The position numbers and the translations under genes were made by a program. 64,000 nt of DNA, taken from the NCBI GenBank assembly GCA_951406725.2, contig OX597830.1:56420001-56484000 (forward strand). The letters run 5' to 3'. Shown in pieces: positions 39,493-53,633 of this stretch. Source of the DNA: Octopus vulgaris (taxonomy: Eukaryota). How positions within the stretch are numbered: the first letter of the stretch is position 1; every line of letters starts with the position of its first letter. The notes under the pieces are model-generated. The model worked only from the letters and a program-made list of their open reading frames with translations, was not told the origin of the DNA and did not search any database.

Positions 39493-40189
39493 ATGTATAC
39501 ATATATATGTATGTATGTGTATATGTAAAGATATGGCAATCAAAATTATACATGTGTCTCTCTCTCTCTCTCTCTCTCTCTTGCGCTGGCAGTATGTTTA
39601 CCAGACAAGTTGTGGGTGTAACTAAACAGAGTAAAAACCGATTATTGAGAGGGAAACAGCTGGATGAGATTTTCTGAAATAATAAAATAAAGGATTTGCT
39701 ATTAACCACTTAAAAGAAATTGGATGAATAACAATAGTTCTTTCCACTGAAGGCATAAGACCTGAAATTTGGGGGTGGAGGGGTTTAGTCGATTACATTG
39801 AGCCCAGCTGGTACTTATTTTATTGATCCCGAAAGGATGAAAAGCAATGTCATCTTGATGGAACTCAGAACACAAAGTTGGACGAAATGCCGCTAAGCAT
39901 TTCGACCAGTGTGCTAACGATTTTGCCAGCTTGCCGCCTTTAAAAAAAAAAATTATTTTTTTCTAAAAGCACAAGGCCTAAAATTTTGGGGGTGGGGTTA
40001 GTCGATTATATTAATCCTAGTTCGTAACTGGTACTTATTTCACTGACCTCAAAAGGATGAAAGGGAAAGTTGACTTTAGTGGAATTTGAACTCAGAATGT
40101 AAAGACAGAAGAAATGTCCCTAAGCATTTTACCTGGCATACTAACGATTCTACCAGCTTGCCACCTTAATAATAATAGTAATAATAATA

Positions 40190-40220
<31 letters not shown>

Positions 40221-40859
40221 TAGTAATAGTAATAATAATAGTAATAATAATAGTAATAATAATAATAATAATGATAATAATAATAATGGTTTCAAATTCT
40301 GGCACAAAAGTAGTATTTTTTTTAAGGAGGAGTGGACAAGTCTATTACATTGACCCCAGTACTTGGGGTTTATTTTACCAACCCTGAAAAGATGCTGCTG
40401 AACATTTTGTCCCACATGCTAATGATTCTACCAGCCTACCACCTTAATAATAATAATAATGATAATGATGGACTGTCCTGTCAAAGACAATGTATGAATG
40501 TCCAGCTTTTTGCCGAACAACCTGTGCAACAGATGATTCTTTTATAATGATCAAATGTATGTACAGTACGGTAGTAGCTCACTTCCTCCATGAAATTAAA
40601 TCAATGTTGCCGATCAGGTGCATTGCATGCCAGGTGTCAGAGTGATTGTAGAGCAATGCGAGACGAAGTGCTTTGCTCAAGAACATAACACACCACCAAG
40701 TCTAGGAACTGAAACCACAGTCTCACAATTGTGAGTCCAAAACCCTGAGCACTGGGCCATGCAATTCTTACATTATAATGATAACAATTCTTCCTAATAT
40801 AGGCACGAGGCCTGAAATTTTGGGTGAGCAGGGATAGTCGATTTTATCAACCCCAGAAA

Positions 40860-41252
40860 TAAAATCACTGATGTCGATGCAATAGACTAACTCCTGTCTT
40901 CCCTTGAAATTTTCTGGCCTTGTACCACGATTCGATGCCATTCTTTATTGAGCTAGCAGAATTGTTAGCATATAAGACATCTTGTTTTGCCATGTTTCTT
41001 CCAGCTCTTCTGATTCTGCATTCAAATACTGCTGAGTTCAACTCAACCTTGCATCTTTCCAAGACTGATAACATAAGTACCAGTCAAATACTGGGGTTGA
41101 TATGTTATCAGAAGAGCAGGAAGAAACATGACAAAAACAAGATGTCTGATATATGCTAACAATTCTGCTATCTTGATAACGAATGGCATTGGATCGTGGT
41201 ACAAGGCCAGAAAATTTCAAGGGAAGACAGGACATTGACATCAGTGATTTTA
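40860..41252. repeat. Local inverted duplication (~140-bp arms)
   Basis: aaaatcactgatgtc...tcctgtcttcccttgaaattttctggccttgtaccacgat is inverted at 41192-41252. Confidence 0.85.
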
Positions 41253-41737
41253 TTTTATCAACCCCAGAAAAATGAAAGGCACTCGACCTTGGTGGAATTT
41301 GGACTCAAAATAAATGCTGCTTAGCATTTTGTTTGATGTGCTGAGTTGAGCATTGATTGATAAGGGGAGATTTGGTGGCTCACTATAGCAGAGCAGGTTG
41401 ATGTAAATCCGTAGACAGTAGAGGTATTTTCTATTAAAAAGCAGAAATTGACGGTGAGCTGCAGAACAGAATCGGACACATGGAAGTATACATACACTAT
41501 CTCTGAGTAGTATGTGTGTGCATTAATGCATTTATTCTCAGTGTGTTTGATTTCTCTCTTTCCCTCACTTTACCCAGTTTATTGATAACAATGTAAACCG
41601 GTCTAACTTATGAAGAGTAAAAAACTCAAAAGCGACAAGGTTTCAAGTTGATCATCATTGGAAATGTTTCGAATATGAATTGTATTTTAGAATTTGAATT
41701 GTATTTTTGTAATTTTCTTTTGTTATTCCATAGTATA

Positions 41738-41972
41738 TCTATTTTTTTACTACCCACAAAGGGCTAAACACAGAGGGGATAAACAAGGACAGACAAATGG
41801 ATTAAGTTGATTGTATCGACCCCAGTGCATAATTGGTACTTAATTTATCGACCCCGAAAGGATGAAAGGCAAAGTTGACCTCGGCAGAATTTGAACTCAG
41901 AACATAACGGCAGACAAAATATGGCTACGCATTTCGCCCGGCGTGCTAACATTTCTGCCAGCTTGCTGCCTT
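41738..41972 (-). mobile_element. SINE family A copy
   Basis: Full-length match; TSD ttattccatagtatatc. Confidence 0.85.
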
Positions 41973-42810
41973 ATTATTCCATAGTATATCACCTGTAACT
42001 GCACCATCTGATTATGCACAACAGGTTGCATAAGAAACACTAAAGCATTACACACACACACACACACACATTGTTAACATTATAAGAATCATTTCGTGTT
42101 CTCTCAATGTTTATAAATTCTTATGATGTCAACAAGATACAATTCTTGCTGGTATGAACCAAGTTTCTAAAATGGATAGGAAACTTCAAAGGATTGCTTT
42201 GGTCCACTGGTAGAACATCTGCCATGTATGTTTACAGATGTGGGTTCACATCCCACAAACAGCCTTCAACTTTCTATCCAAATGTGTTTTAGCCCAATAT
42301 TTACACACTTTTATTTACAGCTTCATCTGTTTGATTTTCAATGTTCCAAGCAAGAAAATGGAATTCAAGAGATACTTTATTAATCAGTTTGATCATTTCA
42401 ACCCATTGTGCATCGGTCCCTTTCTCTACTGACATGAAGGAATTCCTGAAGTTAACCCAATGGCATATATATGCATACTGTTGATGACATCAGGTAGCCC
42501 AATACAGTGAATGGGCTTTAAACAGCATATCACAAGGTATACTCTCTTTTACTCTTTTACTTGTTTCAGTCATTTGACTGTGGCCATGCTGGAGCACTGC
42601 CTTTAGTCGAGCAAATCGACCCCAGGATTTATTTTTTGTAAGTCTATCGGTCTCTTTTGCCGGACCGCTAAGTTACGGGGACATAAACACACCAACATCG
42701 GTTGTCAAGCGATGTTGGGGGGGAGGGGACAAACACAGACAGAGAAACATATACACACACATACGACGGGCTTCTTACAGTTTCCGTCTACACACACACA
42801 CACATACACA

Positions 42811-43030
42811 CAGGGTTGGCTAAAAGTCACCCGACGTAAATCAAAATTTCCCAAGTACTTAATATTCAATTTCATTTATTCATTCCAATAATTGAATGCT
42901 GTGAATTAAAATCACCATTTGTTTTCAACATTTGTCTATCTATTAACGAAGTCTAATATAAAATAATTTTTTGTTTTAATCTTGGAATTAAATGGTTTTG
43001 ATTTACTGTCAGGTGACTTTTGGCCAACTC
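42811..43030. mobile_element. Tc1/mariner-type MITE
   Basis: CAGGGTTGGCTAAAAGTCACCCGACGTAAATCAAAA is inverted at TTTTGATTTACTGTCAGGTGACTTTTGGCCAACTCT. Confidence 0.7.
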
Positions 43031-43041
43031 TCCCCTCTTTC

Positions 43042-43073
<32 letters not shown>

Positions 43074-43806
43074 CGTATGTATGTACACACATATACATAT
43101 ATGAATGAGTGGATAAAAGAAAGAGAAAGGCACTCAACACATTTAGTAGGAATTACATGTATTATTTAAAACAGTTTGATCTGGCTCCATGAGATTTAAA
43201 GTCTTGCAGGCTTCTAAGAGAAACCCAGCTTGTTCAGGCTCAGATTACCAAAATCAGATTCAGTAATCTAAACGAGCTGAATTTCTGTTGGAAGCCTGTA
43301 AAACTTCAAGTTGCCTGGAGCCGGATCAAACTGTTTTAAATAATAATGATATATATATATATATATACACATACACATACATACACATAAAAATTACGAT
43401 ATTATGCAGACATCAGTCAGGGTGTGTGTGTGTATACACTTTGTAATCCAACACCTTGTGACCTATTTGCTATTCTGAGTAAACAGGTGCATGTAGATAA
43501 TAATCATCATCATCATCATAGAAATCAATAGATAATTTTTCTCATATAAATCAATATATTACAGATGGTGCACAGTTAGGGTGGGTGAAGGAGAAGGAGG
43601 GAGAGAGGACAGACAACAAAGATATACAAATATTAGAATCTCGACTTTGTAGGTTGAGGATATTGTATTGTGGTTATAATATATACTGTTGGGACCATAG
43701 TATAAAGAGTTGTAGCTAGTATACAATATATTGCTCAACTGGCTAGAAAGCTAAATCTCCCTAAAACCCTATCCGGAGCCGAGTATAAAGCCTGAAAAAT
43801 CAGAAG

Positions 43807-43849
<43 letters not shown>

Positions 43850-44475
43850 CTCGGCAATAAGAAAATGGAGGGCATCAAGAGGTGGTATTCATCAACTTTT
43901 AGACATTATTTTATGTCTATATATTTTTTAAAAAAACAATTATAACAATATATATCTCTTGATTCCTCCCATTTTCTTATTGCCGTATAAATTAAGGGTG
44001 AAAAAAACCTTCTACCCTCACCCATTTATTACATTCTGTAGTGTAATTGCCATGCAATGAAAAAACACTTGCGTATTCTAGCAGCAGTGTATTGGATAGA
44101 TATTATCCCTTAGTTGGTTGGATTTACAACTTCTAACTCTCTTGGAATATATATATATATATGTAATTTTTTTGACTAATGGGTCAGTGAGTGTGTTTAG
44201 TAAAGCACATTCACTTCACAGTTTGGGCTACCTGGTGACATCCATGGTTGGTGTATATTTCTGCTGGATCTACTTCAGGAATTCTGCAGTATTAGTTTAA
44301 ATAGTAATAGTTGATGAAAGAAATAGAAGATAGATTTGGCACTAGTCTTTCATCAGTGCAATGATCATTTTGACTCATCCTGCAAACTGTCCATTATGGG
44401 CAGGATTTTGTGCAAAAGCCTACTGATAATGGACAGTTGCAATGATCATTGTACTAATAAAGACTAGTATTAAAC

Positions 44476-44716
44476 CTATTTCTTTATTACCCACAAGGGG
44501 CTAAACACAGAGAGGACAAACAAGGACAGACAAAAGACAAACGGATTAAGTTGATTATATCTGCCCCAGTGCGTAACTGGTACTTATTTAATCGACCCCG
44601 AAAGGATGAAAGGCAAAGTCGACCTTGGCGGAATTTGAACTCAGAACGTAGCGGCAGATGAAATACTACTAAGCATTTCACCCGGTGTGCTAACGCTTCC
44701 GCCAGCCCGCCGCGTT
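44476..44716 (-). mobile_element. SINE family A copy inserted into a palindromic element
   Basis: 17-bp TSD actagtattaaacctat at 44463-44479 and 44718-44734. Confidence 0.88.
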
Positions 44717-45083
44717 CACTAGTATTAAACCTATCTTCTGTTTCCTTCATCAATTATTACTATGTGTGTGTGTGTGTGTGTGTATGTGCAGGAGTGGTTG
44801 TATGGTAAGAAGTTTTCTTCTTCCCAACCACATGGTTCCAGTTTAAGGCCCACTGCATGACAACTTGAGCAAGTGTCTTCCATTATAGTCTAGGGCCAAC
44901 CTAAGCCTTGTGGGTGGATTTGGTAGACAGAAGCTAAAAGAAGCCTGATGGGTACACACACACACATAAGTGTATCTTTGTGTTTGTCCCCTACCACAGT
45001 TTGACAAGCTGCATTGGCTTATGTTCTTTTGACTTACTTGATTTGGCATAAGAAACCAATAGAATAAGTACTAGACTTAAGTA

Positions 45084-45148
<65 letters not shown>

Positions 45149-46031
45149 TGATGATAAGGAGAACAGAGATTTATATATCTAGTTTTATTCTGCAGTCAGT
45201 CACGCCTTTCCATTTCTGCACCTACATCCATAAAACTGGATATATAAATCTCTGCTCACATTATCAATAATTTACTATTTCTTCTCTGCTGACAACATGC
45301 AGTCTCTATAGAGACATGTGGATTTACTGCTGTGGAGATCTATTGAGGACAGTAAAATAAACTAACAGGAGTTTTTCTACACTCACAGAGGTTAGCTGGC
45401 ATTATTAACCTGCTAGGATTGTATATCTCTACCAACCTAAGCTGGAAATTTACCTATATATATATATATCAAATAAATACTCAACAGATGAGATCTAGAG
45501 ATTCTTGGTATAGAAAACGCTTAATAGCGCTCAGATGATTCGATTTAGACTCTGATGTCTTTACAAGGGACCAATTCTGCAGGGTAAAGAGTGGCTATAT
45601 GAGGAATCAAGGTGAGCAGATATGGAAGCAATTATGCGGATAAACTCTTGTTAAATTTAATATATCATCATTGTTTAATGTCCGCTTTCCATGCTAGCAT
45701 GAGTTGGACGAATGACTGAGGGCTGGCGAGCCAGATGGCTGCACCAGGCTCCAATCTTGATCTTGCAGAGTTTCTACAGCTGGATGCTCTTCCTAACGCC
45801 AACCACTCCAAGAGTGTAGTGGGTGCTTTTATGTGCCAGTCAGGCGGTACTGGCAACGACCTCGCTCAAATCTTTTATACATTCCACTGGCACAGGTGCC
45901 AGTAAGGCGATGCTGGTAACGATCATGCTCGAATGGTGTCTTTTACGTGCCACCGGCATGGAGGCCTGATAGCCACTCTGGCAATGATCATGCTCAGATG
46001 GTGCTCTTGTTGTGCTCTCTCTCTCTCTCTG

Positions 46032-46063
<32 letters not shown>

Positions 46064-47711
46064 TATAAACATCTCAGCTTTCATGTTGGCATGGATTGCA
46101 TAGATTCATAGGTCGACTGGTCATGAAACTACATTGTACTCTAAAATCTACTCTGGCATGGGTTCTAAGGCTGGATGCTGTTCTTAAACATCAACCACTG
46201 TACAATGCATATGGGATGCATATTCCAGACACCAGTACTAGTGCGGTCACCAGGTAGCTCGCAAGACTAAGTTCCTCTTCAACTGAAGTGGGGCTATAGT
46301 AGAGAGGGAGGCAGCTTTATGCTGTAGGATAAGGGGCTAATGTATGAGAGAAGGGACCAGAAGAGGTTTCATGTTGTTGAGGAAATATACTGATATCTTG
46401 TATCATAAAAGAATGAGTGAGAGTATTAAAGGTGGAGCTTGAAAGATAGAAAAGATAGTGGGGACAAGCTGTCAGGGTTGGCTCTGGAGACAGAAGAAGG
46501 AGGATGGGTAGAGGCTGCAAGAGATTATGAAGAGTGTGAAGATTGGTTATAGGTAGGGTAAAGGTGTGAATTTACTGAATGATGAACAAAGGTTGAGGGA
46601 GAGGATGATATGACTCAGATGGAAGGTAAGGGAAAGTAGATAATAATTAGATATGGGCTAGGGAAAAGAGATGAAGAAGAGATGAATAGCAAAGGGGATG
46701 ATCAATGATACATAGGAGTTATAGGGAAGGTCATGGAATGGAAAACAGGTGCTGATTGGTAGTATAGAAGTGGGTGAAGAGCAGAAGAAGAGTGGTGATA
46801 CAGTAAACAGGAGAAGGGTGAGAGAAAGGGAGATGATGTGTGGATGGGTAAGCTGTAAGAGTGTGATTGGAGAGAGAGAGAGAGAGAGAGTGTGTGGTAA
46901 AAGTTAGAGATATACAGTGATAGAAACAAGTTGACAGGGGGGGTGATTCAATGAAGAGGAGGGGATAATTTGTTGGTGTCAATGTAAAGTGTGCGTGAAG
47001 AGGGACAATGTCAAGGATGTAGGATGGATGTTAAGTGAAGTGGTTCTGGGTAGTGAGAAAGGTAACTGGTATCAGAGAAAAGATGTTAAAATATGCTGTT
47101 CTGCCTCATTTAATTACAGTGGCAGAAGACTACAGTTGGAGGTGGATGAGGGGCCCAGCTGTGTATATTCATATTATATGCTTCCATAACCTCTGTTTCA
47201 CCAAGATGGACATGTCTTCTCAAGTACTGCATATTGCCAGGAGTTCAGGTTCCTTGTCATCTCCTACATAAGATTCAAAGTCCTGAGAGCATCTTTCACT
47301 AATTTTTCAATTCAATTTTTATTGGCTCAAAAAGCAAAAGCAAGGCCATGTAGGGGGACAGGGAGTTATGTACAGGGAGGGTGGTCATACAAAGGGTTCA
47401 GGTCATTTCTGGTCAAGAGAGACTTTGAACTGAGCGGTCGTCAGCATCTTCACTATCTCATCCGGTCACATGTCTTCCTCTTCCACAGGTTCCATAGAAT
47501 AATTATAATAAACAACAATGTTTCTCATTTAGGCACAAGGCTAGTAAATTTCAAGAGAGGGGTCTTAGTTAATAGTATTGAACTTGAAAGGATGAAAGGT
47601 AAAGCAGACCTCAATGATATTTGAATTCAGAACACAAAGAGACCGAACAATCACTGCGAAACATTTTATTCAAAGCTCTAACGATTCTGCCAACTTGCAA
47701 TAAAAATACAT

Positions 47712-47755
<44 letters not shown>

Positions 47756-48318
47756 TACTAATATTTTATATTTATAGTTGAGAGGTTAGCATAGAGAGGG
47801 GACGTTCAGTTATATTAATACTTTTGATATCAGCCAACTGGAGACTACCCCGGGTTCTACAATGCTCATCCAACCATGACCACCTCAGGTTCTATGATGC
47901 TAATCCCCCGGATGCCCCATCTAAATCTATCAAACATCTTATTTTAGAATGTCCATATTGAAATAAAAACAGTCTGTTACGGTATTATGTAGGAACCTTT
48001 TTGTTATGTTTAGTTCCATTTAATGGCTCAGTAAGGATTTATTTACAAAATTAATTACAAAAACAAACAACGTTAATGTATTATTGCAATTAGGGTTAAA
48101 ATATATTAATTAAAAGTGTTAAAATATATTAATCTCACAAAAATGAAAAATTCTCAGACACGACACCAATAATGAATATATGGATGTCAGATAATTTTTA
48201 AGAAGAATTTAAAACATTTAAAAAACAAAATGTTTTATGAAACAAACAACAAATAAAAGTCATCTAAGAGTTAGTGTAATGTTGTTGAAACAAAAAAGGA
48301 AACGGTGATTTTACTTAC

Positions 48319-48487
48319 AACATTAGCCCGATTAGTTGAGTTGTATTGTTGTATGTTTGGTATTGCAGTGTTGGCCGAGTTATAAGACATCGGTGTGCCA
48401 GGAGTGGATACAGCGGTATTAGGAAGCTGGTCGAACGGCGTCTGAACCAAAACGAAGTCAGATTCGTCGTAGCCATAAGCAGTCGTA
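48319..48487 (-). CDS. DMXL2: DMXL exon (TTAYGYDESDFVLVQTPF...QYNSTNRANV)
   Basis: tttttcag / gtaagt; 169 nt; phase fits both neighbours; low-complexity linker before the last WD40 domain. Confidence 0.85.
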
Positions 48488-48740
48488 CTGAAAAATGAAG
48501 CAAAACATACGTAACAATGATAATGTGCAGGAAAGGACAGTTGTTAGCTTACTTCTGATTATAAAACAGACTGTATTTACAAAAGAGTAAAAAGGGTGCT
48601 ATGCAATGGGACTGAACCCAGACCAAGTGGTTGGGAAGCAAACTTCTTAACCACACAGCCACACCTACAACCTATTGTTATAGATCTTAATTAGTAAGTT
48701 AGTTAAATAAAAGCTGAATGAAGAAGAAGGATCAACTTAC

Positions 48741-48865
48741 TTGATCAAGGTCTCAATGTCGTACTCATTCTCATCACCTAACCAGGCTGGCGGATTTAGT
48801 AAGGCACCAATATCTAATTCCACAATTTCCTTCTGAGTAGACAATGCCAAACAATTGGGATTGGC
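48741..48865 (-). CDS. DMXL2: DMXL exon (ANPNCLALSTQKEIVELDI...WLGDENEYDIETLI)
   Basis: tttcag / gtaagt; 125 nt. Confidence 0.92.
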
Positions 48866-49587
48866 CTGAAATAGAGGATATACACACATATATACATGAC
48901 TTTATTTCATACACAGATGATGGATACATTTCTACCCAGGTGCTGCTTCCATATCAGGTCCACCACCCAACCACTACTCTCCTAATCAAGTCCTAAACTT
49001 TTAGGGTAAGGACAACCACCCTGTTCTCAAATCATGTAATGCTTATTTATTCATATTGTTTTGAATAAATAAGCATCTATCATCTCATAGCTTCAAGATT
49101 TTGATGAAAGTGATTATTTATTCTAACAATGACATTGTAAGGTGGGTCAGAGAGCTTGGATCTGGTCCATTTGAACATAAAAACAGGCAAAATATTTTGG
49201 CTGGATATCATCATCCTCATCATCATCATTTAACGTCTGTTTTCCATGCTAGCATAGGTTGGACGGTTCGACTGGGGTCTGGTAAGCCATGAAGGCTGCA
49301 CCAGGCTTTAGTCTGATTTGGCAGTGTTTCTACAGCTGGATGCCCTTCCTAATGCCAACCACTCCGTGAGTGTAATGGGTGTTAGATATCTCATGCCACA
49401 CATCTCCAAATGAACAAAGCCAGCAGATGTTCGGATAGAGCCAGTATAAGTTCAGCAGGAGTTTGAGACCTGGTAACATTGTAGTGCATGATATGTAACC
49501 TGTTTGATATTTATGTACAAGCATCTTACAAAATAGAAGTTATTGTAGAGTGATAGGTAAGAAAAACATGTGAGAAGAGAAACTGAC

Positions 49588-49692
49588 CTGATTTATAGCG
49601 AATGCTGTAATGATATCTTGTTCTTTGTGAATAACTTTCATCAAAGATGAACTCTTCTCAGAGTTTTCGCTGTCTCCTGAGTTTAGTGTTAT
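49588..49692 (-). CDS. DMXL2: DMXL exon (ITLNSGDSENSEKSSSLMKVIHKEQDIITAFAINQ)
   Basis: tttcag / gtcagt; 105 nt; IHKEQD motif. Confidence 0.92.
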
Positions 49693-51078
49693 CTGAAACA
49701 GAAATAAAGAAAAAGAAAAGCTCTTGAAATCCATCTGCATGAGTGTGTGTAAGTGTGTGTGTGTGTGTGTGTAAGTGTGTGCATACTTGTTTGTCATCAC
49801 CATCATCATTGTTGTTGTCATTGTTTTAATATTGACTTTTCCATGCTTATAGTTATTGAGGTAAATTTTTCCTTAGCTGGTTGCCCTTCCTGTCACCAAC
49901 CTTCACATGTTTCCAAGCAGAGTAGTACTTCCCCCATGGCCAGGACAAACATCATCATCATCATCATTGTTTAATGTCCGCTTTACATGCTAGCATGGGT
50001 TGGACGATTTTGACTGAGGACTGGCGAACCAGATGGCTGCACCAGGCTCCAATCTTGATTTGGCGGAGTTTCTACAGCTGGATGCCCTTCCTAACGCCAA
50101 CCACTCCAAGAGTGTAGTGGGTGCTTTTTATGTGCCACCGGCACGGGGGCCAGTCAGACGGTACTGGTAATGACCTTGCTCGAATCTTTTTACACATGTT
50201 TTCATGATAGCAGACTAGAAATGAATGACACTTCTTATGTGATTGTGATTCTCAGTTCTAACCATCGCATGAAATCAAGACAAGAAAACACAACTTTCCC
50301 CCATATATACACACATACAACAGGCTTCTTACAGTTTCTTTCTACCAAACCCACTCACAAGCCTTTGGCTAGCTCAGGGCTACAGCAGAAGACACTTGGC
50401 CAAGATGCCACACAAAGCAAATGAATCCAAAACCACGTGGTTTAGAAACAGACTTTTTAACCACACAGCCGTGCTCGTGTCAAGGATGTATGTAGAAAGT
50501 AAAACATGATTATATATCGAATCTCAATTAATCCATCTTTTACAGTTGACAATTAATCATCCTTTTACAGATTGAGATCAAACAAAACCTTGGTTCAGAT
50601 CATTCATTCATTTACTTTTTCTAATTTCAATCATTGGACTGCAGAGCACTGCATTGAAGGCTTTAAGTCAAACAAACTCACCCTAAAACTAATTTTAGGT
50701 TTGGCATTAATTCACTCAATCTCTTACTGCTGAGCTGCTAAGTCACAAGGCTATAAACAAATCAACGTCAGTTGCCAAGTGGTGGCAGGACAAAGACATG
50801 CACACACTCAGAGCAAGACTTCCATATAGTTTCCGTCTTCCAAATTCAACAAGGTAATTGGTGGGCCTGGGGCTATAGTCGAAAACACCCAGGGTACTAC
50901 ACAGTGGGACTGAACTTGAAACCACACATGGGTTACAAAGCAAACTTCTCAACTAGAGTATAGGCTCGAAACGTAAAAGGCTTTTCCATTATTCCCAGTG
51001 TTCAACTAATACACCTGCTTGTTATTCCTACACCTGTCTTTGCCTTTAGTTTTCTGTAAATTTGAACTATATATACAG

Positions 51079-51135
<57 letters not shown>

Positions 51136-51194
51136 CACACATAAGAGAGAAGAGGAGAGTTAGAGCAATTCCACCACTGACAAGACATACTCAC

Positions 51195-51315
51195 CTCAGT
51201 ATCTTCAAGAAACCTTTTCTTCCGGAAGATGTAGCGAATGAACACATCCTTCAGGTATTCTTCTTTGACAATGAGAAACCAGAGACGTTTCAAGGGTAAG
51301 GTTGAGTGGTGGTTT
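51195..51315 (-). CDS. DMXL2: DMXL exon (NHHSTLPLKRLWFLIVKEEYLKDVFIRYIFRKKRFLEDTE)
   Basis: ttttcag / gtgagt; 121 nt; KRLW and FIRYIF motifs. Confidence 0.93.
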
Positions 51316-51967
51316 CTGAAAATATAAAGCAGAGATGACGCAACATGTGAGATGGAAATGGAGGTATGGCAAACATAAGTGATGATGTGGTCAATGGAGA
51401 ATCTTAATTTAAGCTGATATATGATATGATGTACAATGATCACATGCAATATGTTGTAACACAAAACACCTACCATATAGTATTGAAACACGTGTAACTA
51501 AGGAGTAAGTTTTGTTGTGTCTAGGGAGGGTCACCATGCCAATATAATTAACATACACACTGGTTCATTTCCACTCATTTATTAAATATCTGCTTTTTTG
51601 TCAAAGCTCTTTCATTGCTTTTTTGTAACCTTCTCAGCAAGGAGAACTTCATCAAAAAAAATAAATAAATAAATAAATATCAGATATTTAATAAATGAGT
51701 GGAATTGAACGAGTATGTGTGTTAATTATATTGCCACAATGACACTCCCTAGAGACAACAAAATTTGTTTCAACACACAAATTCACATAAAGAATCTTGC
51801 AAACCAGATACAAAAAACATCCACTAGCACGGATGTCAATCATCAAATTTGATTTTGATTTCACTTGCCTCAATAGGTCTTTGCAAGCAGAGTTTAGTGT
51901 CCAAAGAAGGAAAAGGTATGCATACATCTATATATATAAAATACAGTGAGTTTAGAAAATATCTTAC

Positions 51968-52163
51968 ATGAAGGGCGAGTTATGAGGTTTGAGTAAAGCC
52001 TCATATTTTGTGTGAGGTATTCCTGTTTCAACATCCAGGATCAGGTGAGGAATGTAATTATCTGGTGGCCCAGAGAACAATTCTAGCTTGCTGTGTAACA
52101 CTTCCTCCCATTGTTCCAGATTCTTCAGAACAGCATGTAGCAACGGAGAACTGACAGGAAGTT
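51968..52163 (-). CDS. DMXL2: DMXL exon (LPVSSPLLHAVLKNLEQWEE...YEALLKPHNSPF)
   Basis: ttgcag / gtaaga; 196 nt; LPVSSP motif. Confidence 0.93.
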
Positions 52164-53159
52164 CTGCAAAACAGAATCACATCAATTTCAAAGGCAAGTC
52201 ATTAATATTTTAATCACACACAAAAAAAAAAAAAAAAAATTAATATTAATAATAAAAACAGGTGTGGCTGTGTGGGGAGAAACTTGCTTCCCAACTACAT
52301 GGTTCTGGATTCAATCCCACAGTGTGGCAATTTGGGCAAGTGCCCACTACTACAGCTCCAGGTCGACCAAAGCCTTGTGAGTAGATTTGGGAGATGGAAA
52401 CTGAAAGAAGCCCGTCAAATATGTGTGCATGAGTGTGTGTGTGTGTGTGTATGTGCATGTGTGTGTGTGTGTGGGTATGTTTGTCTCCCACCACTACTTG
52501 ACAACAAGTGTTGGTGTGTTTTTATCCCTGTAACTTAGCAGTTCAGCATAAATAATTGATAGAATAAGCACCAGGTTTAACAAAAGCTAAGTACTGGGGT
52601 CAATTCATTCGATCAAAAATTCTTCAAGGGGATGTCCCAGCATGGCTAAAGCCTAATAACTGAAACAAGTAAAAGATAAAAAAAATCTAAAAAGCAAATT
52701 TAATATTAATAATAAAAATATCATAAAAAAAAAAAATTTGGAAAATGTTTAATTCTTTCATTATAATACTTCTAACAAGTTATTGCTGTTTAGACTCCAA
52801 CGTCCCAATCCTGATTCAGGAGATTCAAGATCAAAGACATTCCAGCCATGATCATCATCTCATCTATTATTCATACATAGTGTCTCTGTGATAACATTAT
52901 CGCTTCCAGTCTTCATAATGGGCTTCTTTCAGTCTCCTTTTACAAAATCCACTCGCAAGGGTTGAGTCAATCTGAGACTATAGTAAAAGACACTTGCCCA
53001 AAGAGTCAACACACTGATACTGAACCCAAAAACCACATGGTTGGGACGCAGGTTACTTAACCACACAGCTTATGGACACACTTGTACCTATAAAGAAATA
53101 AGTATACTGAAACAAACCATATATATATATATATATATAAAACAAAACCTTTGACCTAC

Positions 53160-53290
53160 CTTGCAGTTCCATAGAAACCATGGGTAGGAAGTTGTGCAAG
53201 TTGTGCAGCACCAGTCGAACAATAGCATAGCGAATTAAGCACCAGGAATAGGAGTTGGGATCATTGTGTTGTTGCATGGGGGAGAGACCA
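53160..53290 (-). CDS. DMXL2: DMXL exon (GLSPMQQHNDPNSYSWCLIRYAIVRL...MELQ)
   Basis: ttccag / gtaggt; 131 nt; DPNSYSW motif. Confidence 0.93.
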
Positions 53291-53567
53291 CTGGAAATAA
53301 GAAGTTGAAATATGCCACATAATAATATACAGAACAGCTCTTTTTTTGTTCCCCCTTCCCAAATAAACACCTGCATTATATACTTGTTCTTCAGTTTTAT
53401 TATTATTGTTCATATTTTAGTGTCTGAAATCTTTCGTCACACATCCTCTATGACCTCTTCAGCAATTCTCTGTTTTACTAAACAGAACAGGAGGCGACAC
53501 ATGGGATGGAGAGTCACTGAAGAGGTCACAAGATGTGCGATGAAAGATTTCAGATAAAGGACACTAA

Positions 53568-53633
<66 letters not shown>

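Noticed and set aside
40092-40415. Poly-Leu and poly-Asn ORFs
   Set aside because: (AAT)n microsatellite between SINE copies
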